Shown: in pieces, positions 38,553 through 50,654 of the stretch
Layout: each line of letters starts with the position of its first letter
Position numbering within the stretch: position 1 is the first letter of the stretch
DNA from: Octopus vulgaris
Taxonomy: Eukaryota
Reading direction: 5' to 3'
Length of the DNA: 64,000 bases
Assembly (NCBI GenBank): GCA_951406725.2
Contig: OX597816.1
Span: forward strand, 8,680,001 to 8,744,000
The notes under the pieces: generated by a model
Told to the model about the DNA's origin: nothing
Database searches by the model: none
What the model saw: only the letters and a program-made list of their open reading frames with translations
Program-made: the position numbers and the translations under genes

Positions 38553-38640
38553 AAAGATTCACTATAAAATCATCTTAGCATTTTCTATTTTTGACTTGTT
38601 TTTTCATATATATCAACTCGTGTGTTCCTTTCCACCCTTA

Positions 38641-38710
<70 letters not shown>

Positions 38711-40349
38711 TGAGAGAGAGAGAGAGAGAGCAAGATATAAGTTAGAAGTTATAAAACCATCTAAGGGATAGATCTATCTGTAGGCATTCCTGGTGTATTA
38801 CCTCACTATGTATAGTCCTCATTATAAGGTATACGGTAGTAGATAATTTAAAGGTAAAACCGTGGTTTAATATATGTAGAGAAGATATCTCCAGTTCTTA
38901 TCTTCTCTCTCTCTATATATATATATATTTATGGAATCCTGTCATCTATTAACTGCCATTTGTATAAGGTAATCCCATAAACTGGCCTTATGTAACTTTA
39001 ATATATATATCTATATATATATATATATGGTGAGACCATAACCTTGTGGCCTATGCCAGGGGTGTAACCAGTCCACTTATGTGTGCCTTTCCTTCATTGG
39101 ACACTAAACTCTGCTTCTGAAGACCTGTCGAGGCAAGTGAAATCAAAATCCAAATCAAATTCGATGACTGGCATCCGATGCTAGTGGAGTGCTAAGAGTA
39201 CCATATGAGTGAGATTGTTGCCAGAGCAACAAGCTGGCCTCCGAGCCGATGGCATGTTAAAAACACCATTCGAGTGTGATCGTTACCTGCATCGCCTTAC
39301 TAGCACTTGTGCTGGTAGCACATGACAAAAGCATCCGAGCGAGGTCGTTGCCTGTGCCGCTGGACTAGCTCCTGTGCAAGTGGCACATAAAACGCACCAT
39401 TTGAGAGTGGCTGTTCAGAGTACCGCCTTGTGCTGGTTGCATGTAAAAGCACCCACTACACTCTTGGAGTGGTTGGCGTTAGGAAGGGCATCCAGCTGTA
39501 GAAACTCTGCCAGATCAGATTGGAGTCTGGTGCAGCCACCTGCTTCACCAGACCTCGGTCAAATCGTCCAACCCATGCTAGCATGGAAAGCGGATGTTAA
39601 ACGATGAAGCTGCTGCTGCTGATGATATATATATATATACACACACACACACAATAATAATATATATGATGATGATGTGTGTGTGTGTGTATGTATATGC
39701 ATATATGGATATGGGATGTCACCAACTGTGCAAACAACATGAAATATGTAAACAATGAAAGAGAAAAAAAAGGAAAATTCTTGAGAAAGCCTTGTATATC
39801 ACAATTTATTTCCTTAGAACCTATAACAATTGTTTTAAAAATAAACAATACCAGTAATTACCATCATTTTACTTTATTTATCTTTGTTTTATTTATTTAA
39901 CTGATCCTGCACGAGTTATATGTTTTTATATACTTATCAATTCTTTTGACTGTTTGTTCAAGAATTTGTGTCAATAGAGAAACATAAACTAAAAACGAAA
40001 GAATCACGTCTTCAGATCTGAGAACAAGAAAGAACAAATATGAAGAAACGAGAGAGAATGAGAAAAAGAGAAGAAAAGAAAAGAAAATGGGGGAAAGAGA
40101 AGGTTAGGAAAATAAAACCAAAAAAAAAATGAGTGAAGTTGGCAGGTGAAAAGTAAATCTATTGATTGCATTTGACGTCATTGAGTAGAAAAGGCTGAAG
40201 ATTATGAGATCTTGAGATCTTAGCAAACATTACATCGGAAATTAAAATGGTGGTCACTTTTGGGAAGGAAAAAAAGGGGAAAAAAACATGGCAGACGATT
40301 TGGATTAGAATTCGACAATAAATTCCTTTATTACTTCAGTCTATTCACA

Positions 40350-40720
40350 CTGCTCTCTCTCTCTCTCTCTTACTCTTTCTCTCTCACTCTTTCTTTTCCT
40401 CTTTCCTTTCACTTCCCCCACCTTTTTCTCTTGCTCTCTTCCTTTCACACAATCTCTCTCTCTCTCTCTTTCTCTGACTCTAACTCCCTCTCTTTGTACC
40501 TTTCTCTCCCTCTCCTTTTCTCCTTTCCCTTTCTCCCACCTCTCTTGTCCTCACTCCTTTTCTCATCCAGCATCCTCCTTTCTCTCACTCACTCTCTTTT
40601 CCCCCTCTTTCCCACTCCCTCTTCCTGCTTTCTTTCTTTCCCCCTTCTCCTCTACACCCTTTTCCCAACTCTCTCTCTCTCTCCATTTTCCTCTCTTTCT
40701 CTGTCTTGTTCTCTCCTTTG
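40350..40720 (+). repeat. Polypyrimidine (CT-rich) low-complexity tract
   Basis: Seen directly; similar tracts at 17620-17890 and (GA-rich) 47300-47440. Confidence 0.9.
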
Positions 40721-41534
40721 ACTGGTTATCCATGTACCTTCTCTACAGCAACACACCTGTTTCATTCCACATTCCTCATTCTCTCTGACCAGGTAACCAT
40801 GTATCTGGTTACCTATTTCTGTCTCTCTGTCACACCTTTCATCCTCTAGCACAAGGTCACCTCCTCCAATGGCCCCTCCCCTCTCAAAGGTTCTTTCTTT
40901 TGCAAGTTACTCGGTGACCCTGTCAACTGTAAAGTGGTTGGTGTGTGGAAGGGCATCTAGCTGTAAAACCCATGCCAAAACTGACCTTGCCTGGCACATA
41001 GAAAGCCCTCAACCCACACTGTGGAGCAGCTGGTTTCAGGAAGGCATCCAGTCATAAGAACCATGACAAAACAGACACTGAAACCTGGTACAATCTTCTG
41101 CCAGGCCAACTCCTGTCAAGCCATCCAACCCATGCCAGCATGAAAAACAGACATTAAATGATGATGATGATGATGATGATATATAGGTGCAGGGGTGGCT
41201 GTGTGGTAAGTAGCTTGCTTCCCAACCACATGGTTCCAGGTTGGCACCTCCTATAGCCTCAGGCCGATCAAAGCCTTGTGAGTGGATTTGATAGACAGAA
41301 ACTGAAAGAAGCCCATCGCATACATATATATATATATATATATTGATAAAACGGTAAGATAACAAAAGAAAGAAAGAGACCTCAATATTATGTAAATAGA
41401 GGAAATTTATCTATTATTATAGATATATATATATATATATATATATTCAGATAAGAAAAGAAATGGAGCAACATTTAACAATTAGAAGTTGATCACTGGT
41501 ATTAAAAGGTCATAGTTTAATTGTAGTTCAAGAA

Positions 41535-41613
41535 CATTTACAGCTGTTTCAGTTTGTTCTTTCGAAGTAAATTTGCATTTATTTCATTCCATTTAACAAA
41601 CATCGTCAGAATG
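41535..41613 (-). ncRNA. Hammerhead ribozyme-like motif with long stem II loop
   Basis: Minus strand: CATT-CTGACGA-TGTTTGTT...AACAAACT-GAAA-CAGCTG-TA-AATG; palindromic ACAGCTGT stem III; U.U at the base of stem II. Confidence 0.6.
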
Positions 41614-42499
41614 ATTTAGAGTTTATCAGAGGAATATAGATAGGAGAAAAGGGGAAATGAAAAGAAAAAGGAAAAAGTTGAAGTCTTTAGGCTTACATGT
41701 GATTCTTTTGGGCTCCACACATGTGTATGTTTCTTCAATTAGATGAATGAAGCAAAAAGTGGGGAAAATGACTAGTTGACCAGCGATGTTAGTCAAAGGA
41801 GTTATACCTGGTAGTAATATCCAGTGTTGTTAATTGTAATATATAACGCTTTTTGTGACTGCTAGATAAGTCCCTATGATTACAAATAATGCCCTTGTTA
41901 AAAACTAAGGATGCTTTTAAAAGTTAGTGTGATGTAATGTATAAATTTGGGTTATGTAAAAGGCATAATAAATATATAAATAAATAGTGTTGCTGCTCAA
42001 TTCGTCCCAAAATGTTTGAAATGTGATTTTCAAGGAAAAGTTTAGAACCATCACTTTAGAATTAAAATTGTCGTTGGACAGTTTTAGATATTTTTTTTTA
42101 CTTTCTTTAACCTTCCCCACCCTCCTCTCTCAAGTATCTGTGCTGAACAGTTTATGAACGAAGATTTCCAAGCAAATGGAATTAAATTTATAAGGCAGCG
42201 AGCTGGCAGAAACATTAGCACGCCGGGCGAAATGCTTAGCGGTACTTTGTCTGCCGTTATGTTCTGAGTTCAAATTCCGCCCAGGTCGACTTTGCCTTTC
42301 ATCCTTTCGGGGTCGATAAATTAAGTACCAGTTTCGTACTGGAGTCGATGTAATCGACTTTATCCCTTTGTCTGTCCTTGTTTGTCCCTTCTATGTTTAG
42401 CAACTTGTGGGTAGTAAAGAAGAAAGAAAAAAAGGAATTAAATTTATTCAATATGCCTTCCCATCAACATGACTACCTGCAAGATCATAACTTCAGAGA

Positions 42500-44600
42500 A
42501 AGGAAAAATCAAACTGGTCGATCCAAAAAAATTATATACACACAAGAAATAAGCAGAATGCAGATGGATTGAAGATATACTGGAGGTGTGAAAATCGTTT
42601 GTGCAAGGCAAGACTTCACACAGATGAAATTTATAAAGAGCTTACGAAGATTGGGATCCATAATCACGCTTCACCTGCTGCAGAGGTAAATGCAAGGATA
42701 ATAGTTTCAAATATTAAAGTAAAGTCTATTTCATCTTGCGATGCCCCTCGCTCAGTTATCACTGGTGAAGTTCAGAATTTAAACGACTGTGCATTGTTGC
42801 AAATACCTCCGTTTGCACAGCTTAATAGGAATATTAGACATTGGAGGCAATCTGATTCCAACTATTCTGCCACCCCACTTACACATGCTGGGGTTTCCAT
42901 TCCAAGTGAAGACTCCTATCTTGACAAGGATAAAACGTTTTTACAGATTGACAACAGGGATGGAAGATTTAGTTTAGAATGCTAATATTTACAAGTGATG
43001 AAACACTTCGGGTAAATATGAAGAATCTTTCCCAATGACAAATATAAAAAAAACCCCCAGTTTTCTAGAGTAAAATGGACATGTAGATTATGAAAAATGC
43101 AATAAAAATTAGGGCAAACTAATTGTTTCAGAGATATGCGCATTTTTATGAAAGTTACGGACGAAGGTAAAATGCATGCATAAGGCGGCGAGCTGGCAGA
43201 AACGTTAGCACGTCGGGCGAAATGCTTAGCGGTATTTCGTCTGCCATTACGTTCTGAGTTCAAATTCCGCCGAGGTCGACTTTGCCTTTCATCCTTTCGT
43301 GGTCGATAAATTAAGTACCACTTACGCACTGGGGTCGATGTATCGACTTAATACCTATGTCTGTCCTTGTTTGTCCCCTCTATGTTTAGCCCCTTGTGGG
43401 TAGTAAAGAAATAGGTAAAATGCATGCATACCACTTAACGCTAACCCAAAATCAAAGCTTAAACTAACCTTAACCAATGTGCACATGCTTTACCTTAGTC
43501 TAACGTTCTACGGTAAAATAAACTTATTATGAAAAAAAGGAACAAAAAATAGAGCAAGCTTACCGTTTCAAATATATCCACATTTTTAAGAGGGTCCCAG
43601 ATGCAGTTTGCTGCTCTCCGTAAGAAAGCGATGGAGACGTTCAGCATGATTTGGAATAGATTTAATGAACAGAATACCTCCCCATATACTGCTTGAGGTA
43701 TTTACACCTCATCCCAGGTCTCCAAACAATTTCCTTCACAAATTGTACTCAGAACCTTCCTAAATTGCGAATATCTCTGAAACGGTTACCTTGCCCTATT
43801 TTTAATACATTTTTCGTAATCAACACATCCGTTTTACCCTAGAAAAATGTGTTTTTTTTAATTTGTCGATGGGAAAGATTCTTCATATTTACCAAAGTGA
43901 AGACACATATTATAGACTTTTTGCCCAAATAAATGAATTAATGCAGAATGAGGGACCTGATAATATAATTATAGATTTCGAAAAAGCAGCCCATAACGGA
44001 TTTCTGGAATAGTTTCTTGGAATGAATTTGGCATGCTGCTTGTTTCATTTCGGATAAAATGTGTGCAAGAAGGACTAAGATGCAGATATCTCAAAGATGA
44101 CAGTTTTAGTCTAAAAGTGCAGTATTTTGTAGCCCTTGCCTTCCTGCCGGTTGATGATGTTGTAGACGGATATGAACAATTTGTAGGTGATGATGATATT
44201 CCACAGTTAATTGTATCCTATTTTGAAAATGATTATATAGGAGCACCTAAGGACAGAGAAGGTGTTGCCTTGAACCTCCATTTCCATTACCTGTATGGAA
44301 TGTCTGGGATCGATGTATGACGGGGATTGCTCGTACTACAAATAGTTTAGAAGCCTACAACAGCATGCTGGAAAACACAGTGAATATGAGTCATCCACAT
44401 ATTTGGAGACTTCCTGGTGTGATTAAATGTGAGGAAAGGTTTGCCAGAACCAAATTGCAGAAGTTTATGCAAGGAGAAGAACCAAATCAATAGAAAAAAA
44501 TACAGAGATATGAACCTGCGTATAAAAAATGTTATGGAAAAATATGATCCAAGCCAAAAAATTATATTTCTAAAAGCAATTGCACACAATCTTAAATTTT
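42500..44600 (+). pseudogene. Degenerate Mutator/MULE transposase with N-terminal FLYWCH-type zinc finger, interrupted by insertions
   Basis: KIYWRCENRLCKARLHT...HNH (FLYWCH/WRKY-like); IIIDFEKAAHNGF...CCLFHF; ALAFLPVDDV; YFENDYIG; RTTNSLEAYN; HPHIW; multiple stops and frameshifts. Confidence 0.85.
43004..43899. mobile_element. Foldback element with CAC...GTG ends and ~140-bp imperfect TIRs, inserted in the MULE and itself containing a SINE (43182-43413)
   Basis: CACTTCGGGTAAATATGAAGAATCTTTCCCA mirrors TGGGAAAGATTCTTCATATTTACCAAAGTG; nested SINE TSD GGTAAAATGCATGCATA. Confidence 0.75.
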
Positions 44601-44613
44601 AAGAAAAAGTAAA

Positions 44614-45187
44614 TCTTTATATATAAAAGAGAAGTTGTGTGTCTGTCTCCTACGATTTAGATTCCTATCTACTCCCACATTTTGCGGTGCAGTTTAACCA
44701 AAACCGGGTATCTTATAGTCGTGATTCATATCGAGCCCTTCTGGGTATTAGCGCGCGTCTACGATGAGTCTACGATTTAAAAAAAAATTTACCATCATTT
44801 TTTTCCATTTTAATGCATTTTTTCGCTATTATATAAGGGAAGTAACTCTCTAAAAATGTCTACGATGAGTCAACGATTTAAAAAAAAATTACCATAATTT
44901 TTTTCCCATTTTTAAGGCATTTTTTTGCTACTTTTTGGGCTATAACTCCCTAAAAATGCTTATATAGTTATTTCCCTTACAAACCCGAGCAACGCCGGGC
45001 GATACTGCTAGTCTATTTTATAAAACTGGAAAGAAAATACCGACTGTCTCTCTCTCTCTACATGGAGATCTTCATACAATATTAAAGAGAAATACACATT
45101 TATTTATTCGTTTTATTTATTTTAGTTTTAATCAACTCTGGTGAATAGATAGAATCAAACCCGAGCAACGCCGGGCGATACTGCTAG
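44614..45187 (+). mobile_element. Non-autonomous Helitron-like element with two 3' termini
   Basis: 5' A|TC start; hairpin CCCGAGCAACGCCGGG plus CTAG|T at 45008-11 and again at 45184-87. Confidence 0.8.
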
Positions 45188-45659
45188 TATGTAATACAAC
45201 AAACCTTAAAATAAACGTTTTTTTAAATTCAGATATCCGTTCTTCCATTTTTCCTGTGATCTCCACGAATTGACTGGGGACAAATTAAATGACGGCGAAT
45301 TGACAGGACACTCCCATGAGTAAGGACCACCGGCAATCGATAGTCAAAGGGACACAACCCCTTTTGTTGACATCGGCAATCGATAGCCAAAGGGAGACAA
45401 TCCCGTTTGTTGACATTGAGTAACGAGCTCATTTTCTTCTTTACATTCTAGAGAGGCCTTTAGCCAACATATACACTGTTCTATAACTTCTTTTTTCGGA
45501 TTTATGTTTTCGGATGATATATAGTTTGATTTGAAAACCCCACTAGAATGGGAGAAAGCGCTAATGATCTAAGTGATATGATATATATATATATAAAACG
45601 TAATATATAAATAAATATCTGTAAATATAAACCATCCGATCTTCTGAGTACCTCATTTC

Positions 45660-45732
<73 letters not shown>

Positions 45733-48252
45733 CTTTATTTAAAGCAGCACTACACTCTCGGAGTGGTTGGCGTTAGGAAAGGCATCCAGCTGTAGAAACT
45801 CTGCCAGATCAAGATTGGAGCTTGGTGCAGCCATCTGGTTCGCCAACCCTCAGTCAAAATCGTCCAACCCATGCCAGCATGGAAAGCAGACGTTAAACGA
45901 TGATGATGATGACGATGACACTGAGGAACAAGATTGCTTAGTGGCAAGAATTCAGTGCCAATGTTTTCTATAGTGGTTAGCACCTAGTTCCAATTAAGAA
46001 CGAGGGCAAACAATATAAAGCATTCGAAGGTGCAATAAGAAGCAGTGGCTGGTTCACTCAAGTTACTTTTTAAAGTGACAAAGAAACTGTTTTGCTTCCA
46101 GCTCATTATGGGTTCGGTTATCAAGGAAGAAAAACTAGTTGGAGCCTTAGCTTATTGGAAAACCTCATCTGTGGTTTAACCCTTTAGTGTTCAGATTACT
46201 CTGTTAAATGTCATACTTTTTCACTCAAATTGTTTTGAATTAATCATGCATTATCTCATAGCTTTGAGGTTTCAATGACGTACTCTCTTTTTCTCTTTTT
46301 ACTCTTTTTACTTGTTTCAGTCATTTGACTGCGGCCATGCTGGAGCACCGCCTTTAGTCGAGCAACTCGACCCCGGGACTTGTTCTTTTTGTAAGCCCAG
46401 TACTTATTCTATCGGTCTCTTTTTGCCGAACCGCTAAGTGACGGGGACGTAAACACACCAGCATCGGTTGTCAAGTGATGGTGGGGGACAAACACAGACA
46501 CACAAACATATACACACACACTTATATATATATACATATATACGACAGGCTTCTTTCAGTTTCCGTCTACCAAATCCACTCACAAGGCATTGGTCAGCCC
46601 GGGGCTATAGCAGAAGACACTTGTCCAAGATGCCACGCAGTGGGACTGAATCCGGAACCATGTGGTTGGTTAGCAAGCTACTTACCACACAGCCACTCCT
46701 GCGACGTGATTGTTTATTTTTAGAATTTCAATGTAAGTTAGGTGTGAGAAGCCAGATATTGCCAGTTTGAATATAAAACATGTAGGATATTTGGGCCAGA
46801 TATGGCCGGTTTAAACACTAAAGGGTTAACACAGGAAGATCACAATGTTAATTTTTTTTAATTCCTTACAGCTGCTAAAAGTATGAATGTCTGTGGCAAC
46901 GAGAGTAAATTTCTGTTTTTAACTCAAAGGTTGAACAACCTCGGTTGTTTAGTTGAAAACAAAAAGAAGTGTCAAGATCCCGGATGGTTCCAACAATCGC
47001 ATGGTTTATATGTTTCTAGAATATTAAAGCAATTTGTGGAATTCTTGGCTATTCTCAATGAATATATAATTATTCTGACAATGCATGATTTATATGATTT
47101 TTGGAATATTCTATCGTTTTGTAGGAGTCTTGGCATTTTTCCCTACCATTCTCAGTGAATCTCAATGTTCAAACACTGAGGCGAATGTGTAATAGTGTCA
47201 CGTGACTAGTTGGAGAGAAAGAAGCGAAGAGAGAGAACGAGAAGAGTGGTTAGTAGGGGGACCTGATAGAAAGGGGCTGTTAATGTTATATGATTTATTA
47301 ATTGAAGGGAGAGAGAGAGAGAGAGGGAAGAAGAGACCATGTTTAGTGCAGTGGGGATGTTATATAGTTGAAAGGAGAGGCAGAGAGAGAGGGAGAGAGA
47401 GAGAGAGAGGGAGAGAGAGAGAGGGAGAGAGGGAGAGAGAGCGTGCATGGAAAGCACTATAACAGCCCTCATGATCAAATTCTTCAGAAAAAAATACAAT
47501 TCCATCTCACAATTTCCAAAATAACCATGGAATTTCCACAGGATCTGCTAGCGTATGATCATTCAAGCAAGGTTCATCCCCCGGTTATAACAAAAGAGAT
47601 AGAAACGGCATTTCTTAAATTCAAGTGGCAGGATATTCGTTTCTACTCTAGGCACAAGACCTGAAATTTTTTTCGGGTTGGGGGTGGGTGGGAACCCCAT
47701 TAGATTGATCCAGGACGCAACTGGTACTTAATTTATCAACCCCGAAAGGATGAAAGGCAAAGTCGATATCGGCGGAATTTGAACTCAGAACGTAACGGCA
47801 GATGAAATGCCTATTTCTTTACTACCCACAAGGGGCTAAACACAGAGAGGACAAACAAAGACAGACAAAGGGATTAAGTCGATTATATCGACGCCAATGC
47901 GTAACTGGTACTTAATTTATCGACCCCCGGAAGGATGAAAGGCAAAGTCAACCTCATCGAAATTTTAACTCAGAACATAGCGACGGACGAAATACCGCAA
48001 AGCACTTCGCTCGGCGTGCTAACGTTTCTGCCAGCTCGCCGCCTTCAAGTGGCAGGATATTGAAGAACCAGGGGGGAAAGAGCCATACTACTTGGAAGTT
48101 GAGACAGATATACTTTTATTTGGTGTGGTCATTGCAGCTATTCTCAATCAATTCTCAACCAAAACAGAAAGTCCAGTAGTCTTCTTTCCGTGAACATTTC
48201 AGGGATCATAAACCACCATGATGCGATGAAATACGAGGCTCAAATTATTGAT

Positions 48253-48627
48253 GGAAGCACTCCGTCGGTTACGACGATAAGGGTTCCGGTTGATCCGAAT
48301 CAACGGAACAGCCTGCTCATAAAATTAACGTGCAAGTGGCTGAACACTCCACAGACACGTGTACCCTTAACGTAGTTCTCGAGGATATTCAGCGTGACAC
48401 GGAAAGTGACAAGGCCGGCCCTTTGAAATACAGGTACGACAGAAACAGGAAGTAAGAGTGAGAGAAAGTTGTGGTGAAAGAGTACAGCAGGGATCACCAC
48501 CATCCCTGCCGGAGCCTCGTGGAGCTTTAGGTGTTTTCGCTCAATAAACACTCACAACGCCCGGACTAGGAATCGAAACCGCGATCCTATGACCGCGAGT
48601 CCGCTGCCCTAACCATTGCGCCTCCAC
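48253..48627 (-). mobile_element. SINE family C (tRNA-Arg-like head; possibly the octopus OR-type)
   Basis: Head GGCGCAATGGTTAGGGCAGCGGACTCGCGGTCATAGGATCGCGGTTTCGATTCC; duplicated flank GCTCAAATTATT; close copy at 52128-52490(-), older copies at ~4455, 12690, 63210. Confidence 0.8.
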
Positions 48628-48838
48628 GCTCAAATTATTATTATTAAAGCGTCAGCATTTAACAAATGGCAATTTTAATAAAAAGACTGATCAACATTCT
48701 GTTGGTTACATGTTCGTCGTCATTGGACTGCGGCTATGCTTGGGCCCCATCTTGAAGGGGTTTTAATCAAACAAATCAACGCCAGTACCTATTTTTGTCG
48801 AACTGCCAAGTTACGGAGACGTAAACAAGCCAAAACCT

Positions 48839-49148
48839 GGTACTACTAGTGAACAGTGGTCCCGGTGCACGCACACGCGCAGTCGCGCCAGCTAGTCATG
48901 ACTAGTCGATCCTTACTTTGTGTGTTATTTGCTTTGTTTAACAAAAATTATTTACTTTGTGTAAAAAAATTATTTGGCACTGTCATGGTATTAGCTGTCA
49001 GAAGTGAAAGTAGAAAAATATGCTATAATTTTGTGTTTTATTTACTTTGCTAGGAGAGTCATTGTAGGATCGACTAGTCATGACTAGCTAGCGCAAATGC
49101 GCGACTACGCGAGTTCGCTCACCGGGACCACTGTTCGCTAGCAGTACC
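48839..49148. mobile_element. Mutator-like MITE (same family as 5049-5263)
   Basis: TIR GGTACTACTAG...; 9-bp TSD CCAAAACCT; an extra solo arm lies at ~49510-49597. Confidence 0.85.
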
Positions 49149-49739
49149 CCAAAACCTATTGTCAAACAGCGTAGAACACATGCACGCACACAGACAGACA
49201 CACACACACACGGCATTGGTCGGACTGGGGACTGTAGTAGAAGACATTTGGCCAAGATGTCACATGGTTGCAAAATGAGCTTCTTAGCCACACAGCAATG
49301 TGAAATAAAAACACGTTCTTCCCAGAATGTCCAACAGATAGCCGGCTCATACAAACGATTGGGTTGGTGCATAATTATTGCAGCTTTTTTTCAACAATAA
49401 TTATGACCCTAGTATCGATACTAGGGTCATAATTATGGGTGACAATTTCATATGACACCGCTAGAAAAAACTGCCGGTCAAACCGTAAAGATCTCACGAA
49501 AACACAAAGTAAGGATCGACTAGTCATGACTAGCTAGCGCGGATGCACGACTACGCGAGTGCGCGCACCGTGACCACTTGTTCTCAAGTAGTACCAACGA
49601 ATATTTCAGAGTAAACATGCAATTTAAGGGTTTTAAAAAACGAATGTGAATTGAGTGGAAGGGACAACAATGCCATACCATAATTTCATGTAAGCAATCT
49701 GTGTAATAATCAATGTTTAAAACATACATATATTATATA

Positions 49740-50654
49740 CTAGCAGTATCGCCCGGCGTTGCTCGGGTTTGTAAGGGAAATAACTATATAAGCATTTTTA
49801 GAGATGTAAAGTATAATAGCCAAATCAATATGGCTAACCACAAAGGGGGGGGGGGTTACTGTAGCTTTTTACGTTCTGAGATTTAATAATATAATTGTAG
49901 AGAGTTACTTCCCTTATATATGCCAAAAATGCATTAAAAATGGGGAAAATGGATGGTAAATTATCTTTTAAATCGTAGACTCATCGTAGATGCGCGCTAA
50001 TACCCAGAAGGGCTCGATATGAATCACGACTATAAGATACCCGGTTTTGGTTATGGTTAAATTGCACCGCAAAATGTGGAAGTAGTTAGGAATCTAAATC
50101 TTAGGAGACAGACACACAACTTCTCTTTTATATATAACTAGCAGTATCGCCCGGCGTTGCTCGAGTTTGTAAGGGAAATAACTATATAAGCATTTTTAGA
50201 GAGTTACTTCCCTTATAGATGCCAATTCGGGCTTTCTTAGCCATTTCTGTTTTGGTGTCTTCAAGCCATGAAGTCGTTGTTCTAAAAGAACGCTGGTCTC
50301 CTTGACAACGCTTTACGACGTTGATTTCCTTACACTCCCTTCCCCATAGCTTCACGAGGGAGGGAAGAAGGGGGAGAAGCAAACACAGGTGCAGGTGTTT
50401 GAGCGTGGACGCCAACTCCGCCGCCATCGACACACGAAAAATTATGCATTAAAATGGAATAAAAAATTATGTTAAATTATTTTTAAAATCGTAGACTCAT
50501 CGTAGACGCGCGCTAATAGCCAGACGGGCTCGATATGAACCACGACTATAAGATACCCGAATTTGGTTAAACTGCACCGCAAAATGTGGGAGTAGTTAGG
50601 AATCTAAATCGAAGGGGACAGACACTCACACAACTACAGTTTTATATATATAGA
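49740..50654 (-). mobile_element. Head-to-tail dimer of Helitron-like elements (49740-50137 type A, 50138-50654 type B)
   Basis: Each unit ends (minus strand) in hairpin plus CTAG; type B starts TCTATATATA. Confidence 0.8.

Larger units (their letters stand above)
37190..38613. mobile_element. Young inverted repeat (~450-bp near-identical arms, ~500-bp spacer), probable Penelope-like inverted pLTR structure in (TA)n
   Basis: Mirror ORFs MNCDYCQPLTIQNTTIKAFPDFPT at 37548- and 38253+; each arm has a hammerhead motif; (TA)n on both flanks. Confidence 0.8.

Noticed and set aside
48560-48627. tRNA gene-like sequences at SINE heads
   Set aside because: They lack a complete cloverleaf and continue into SINE bodies with TSDs.
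50182-50433. Duplicated 83-aa ORF (also 52961-53209) as a gene pair
   Set aside because: Lies inside Helitron-like repeat copies and runs through their terminal sequence; no protein family recognised.
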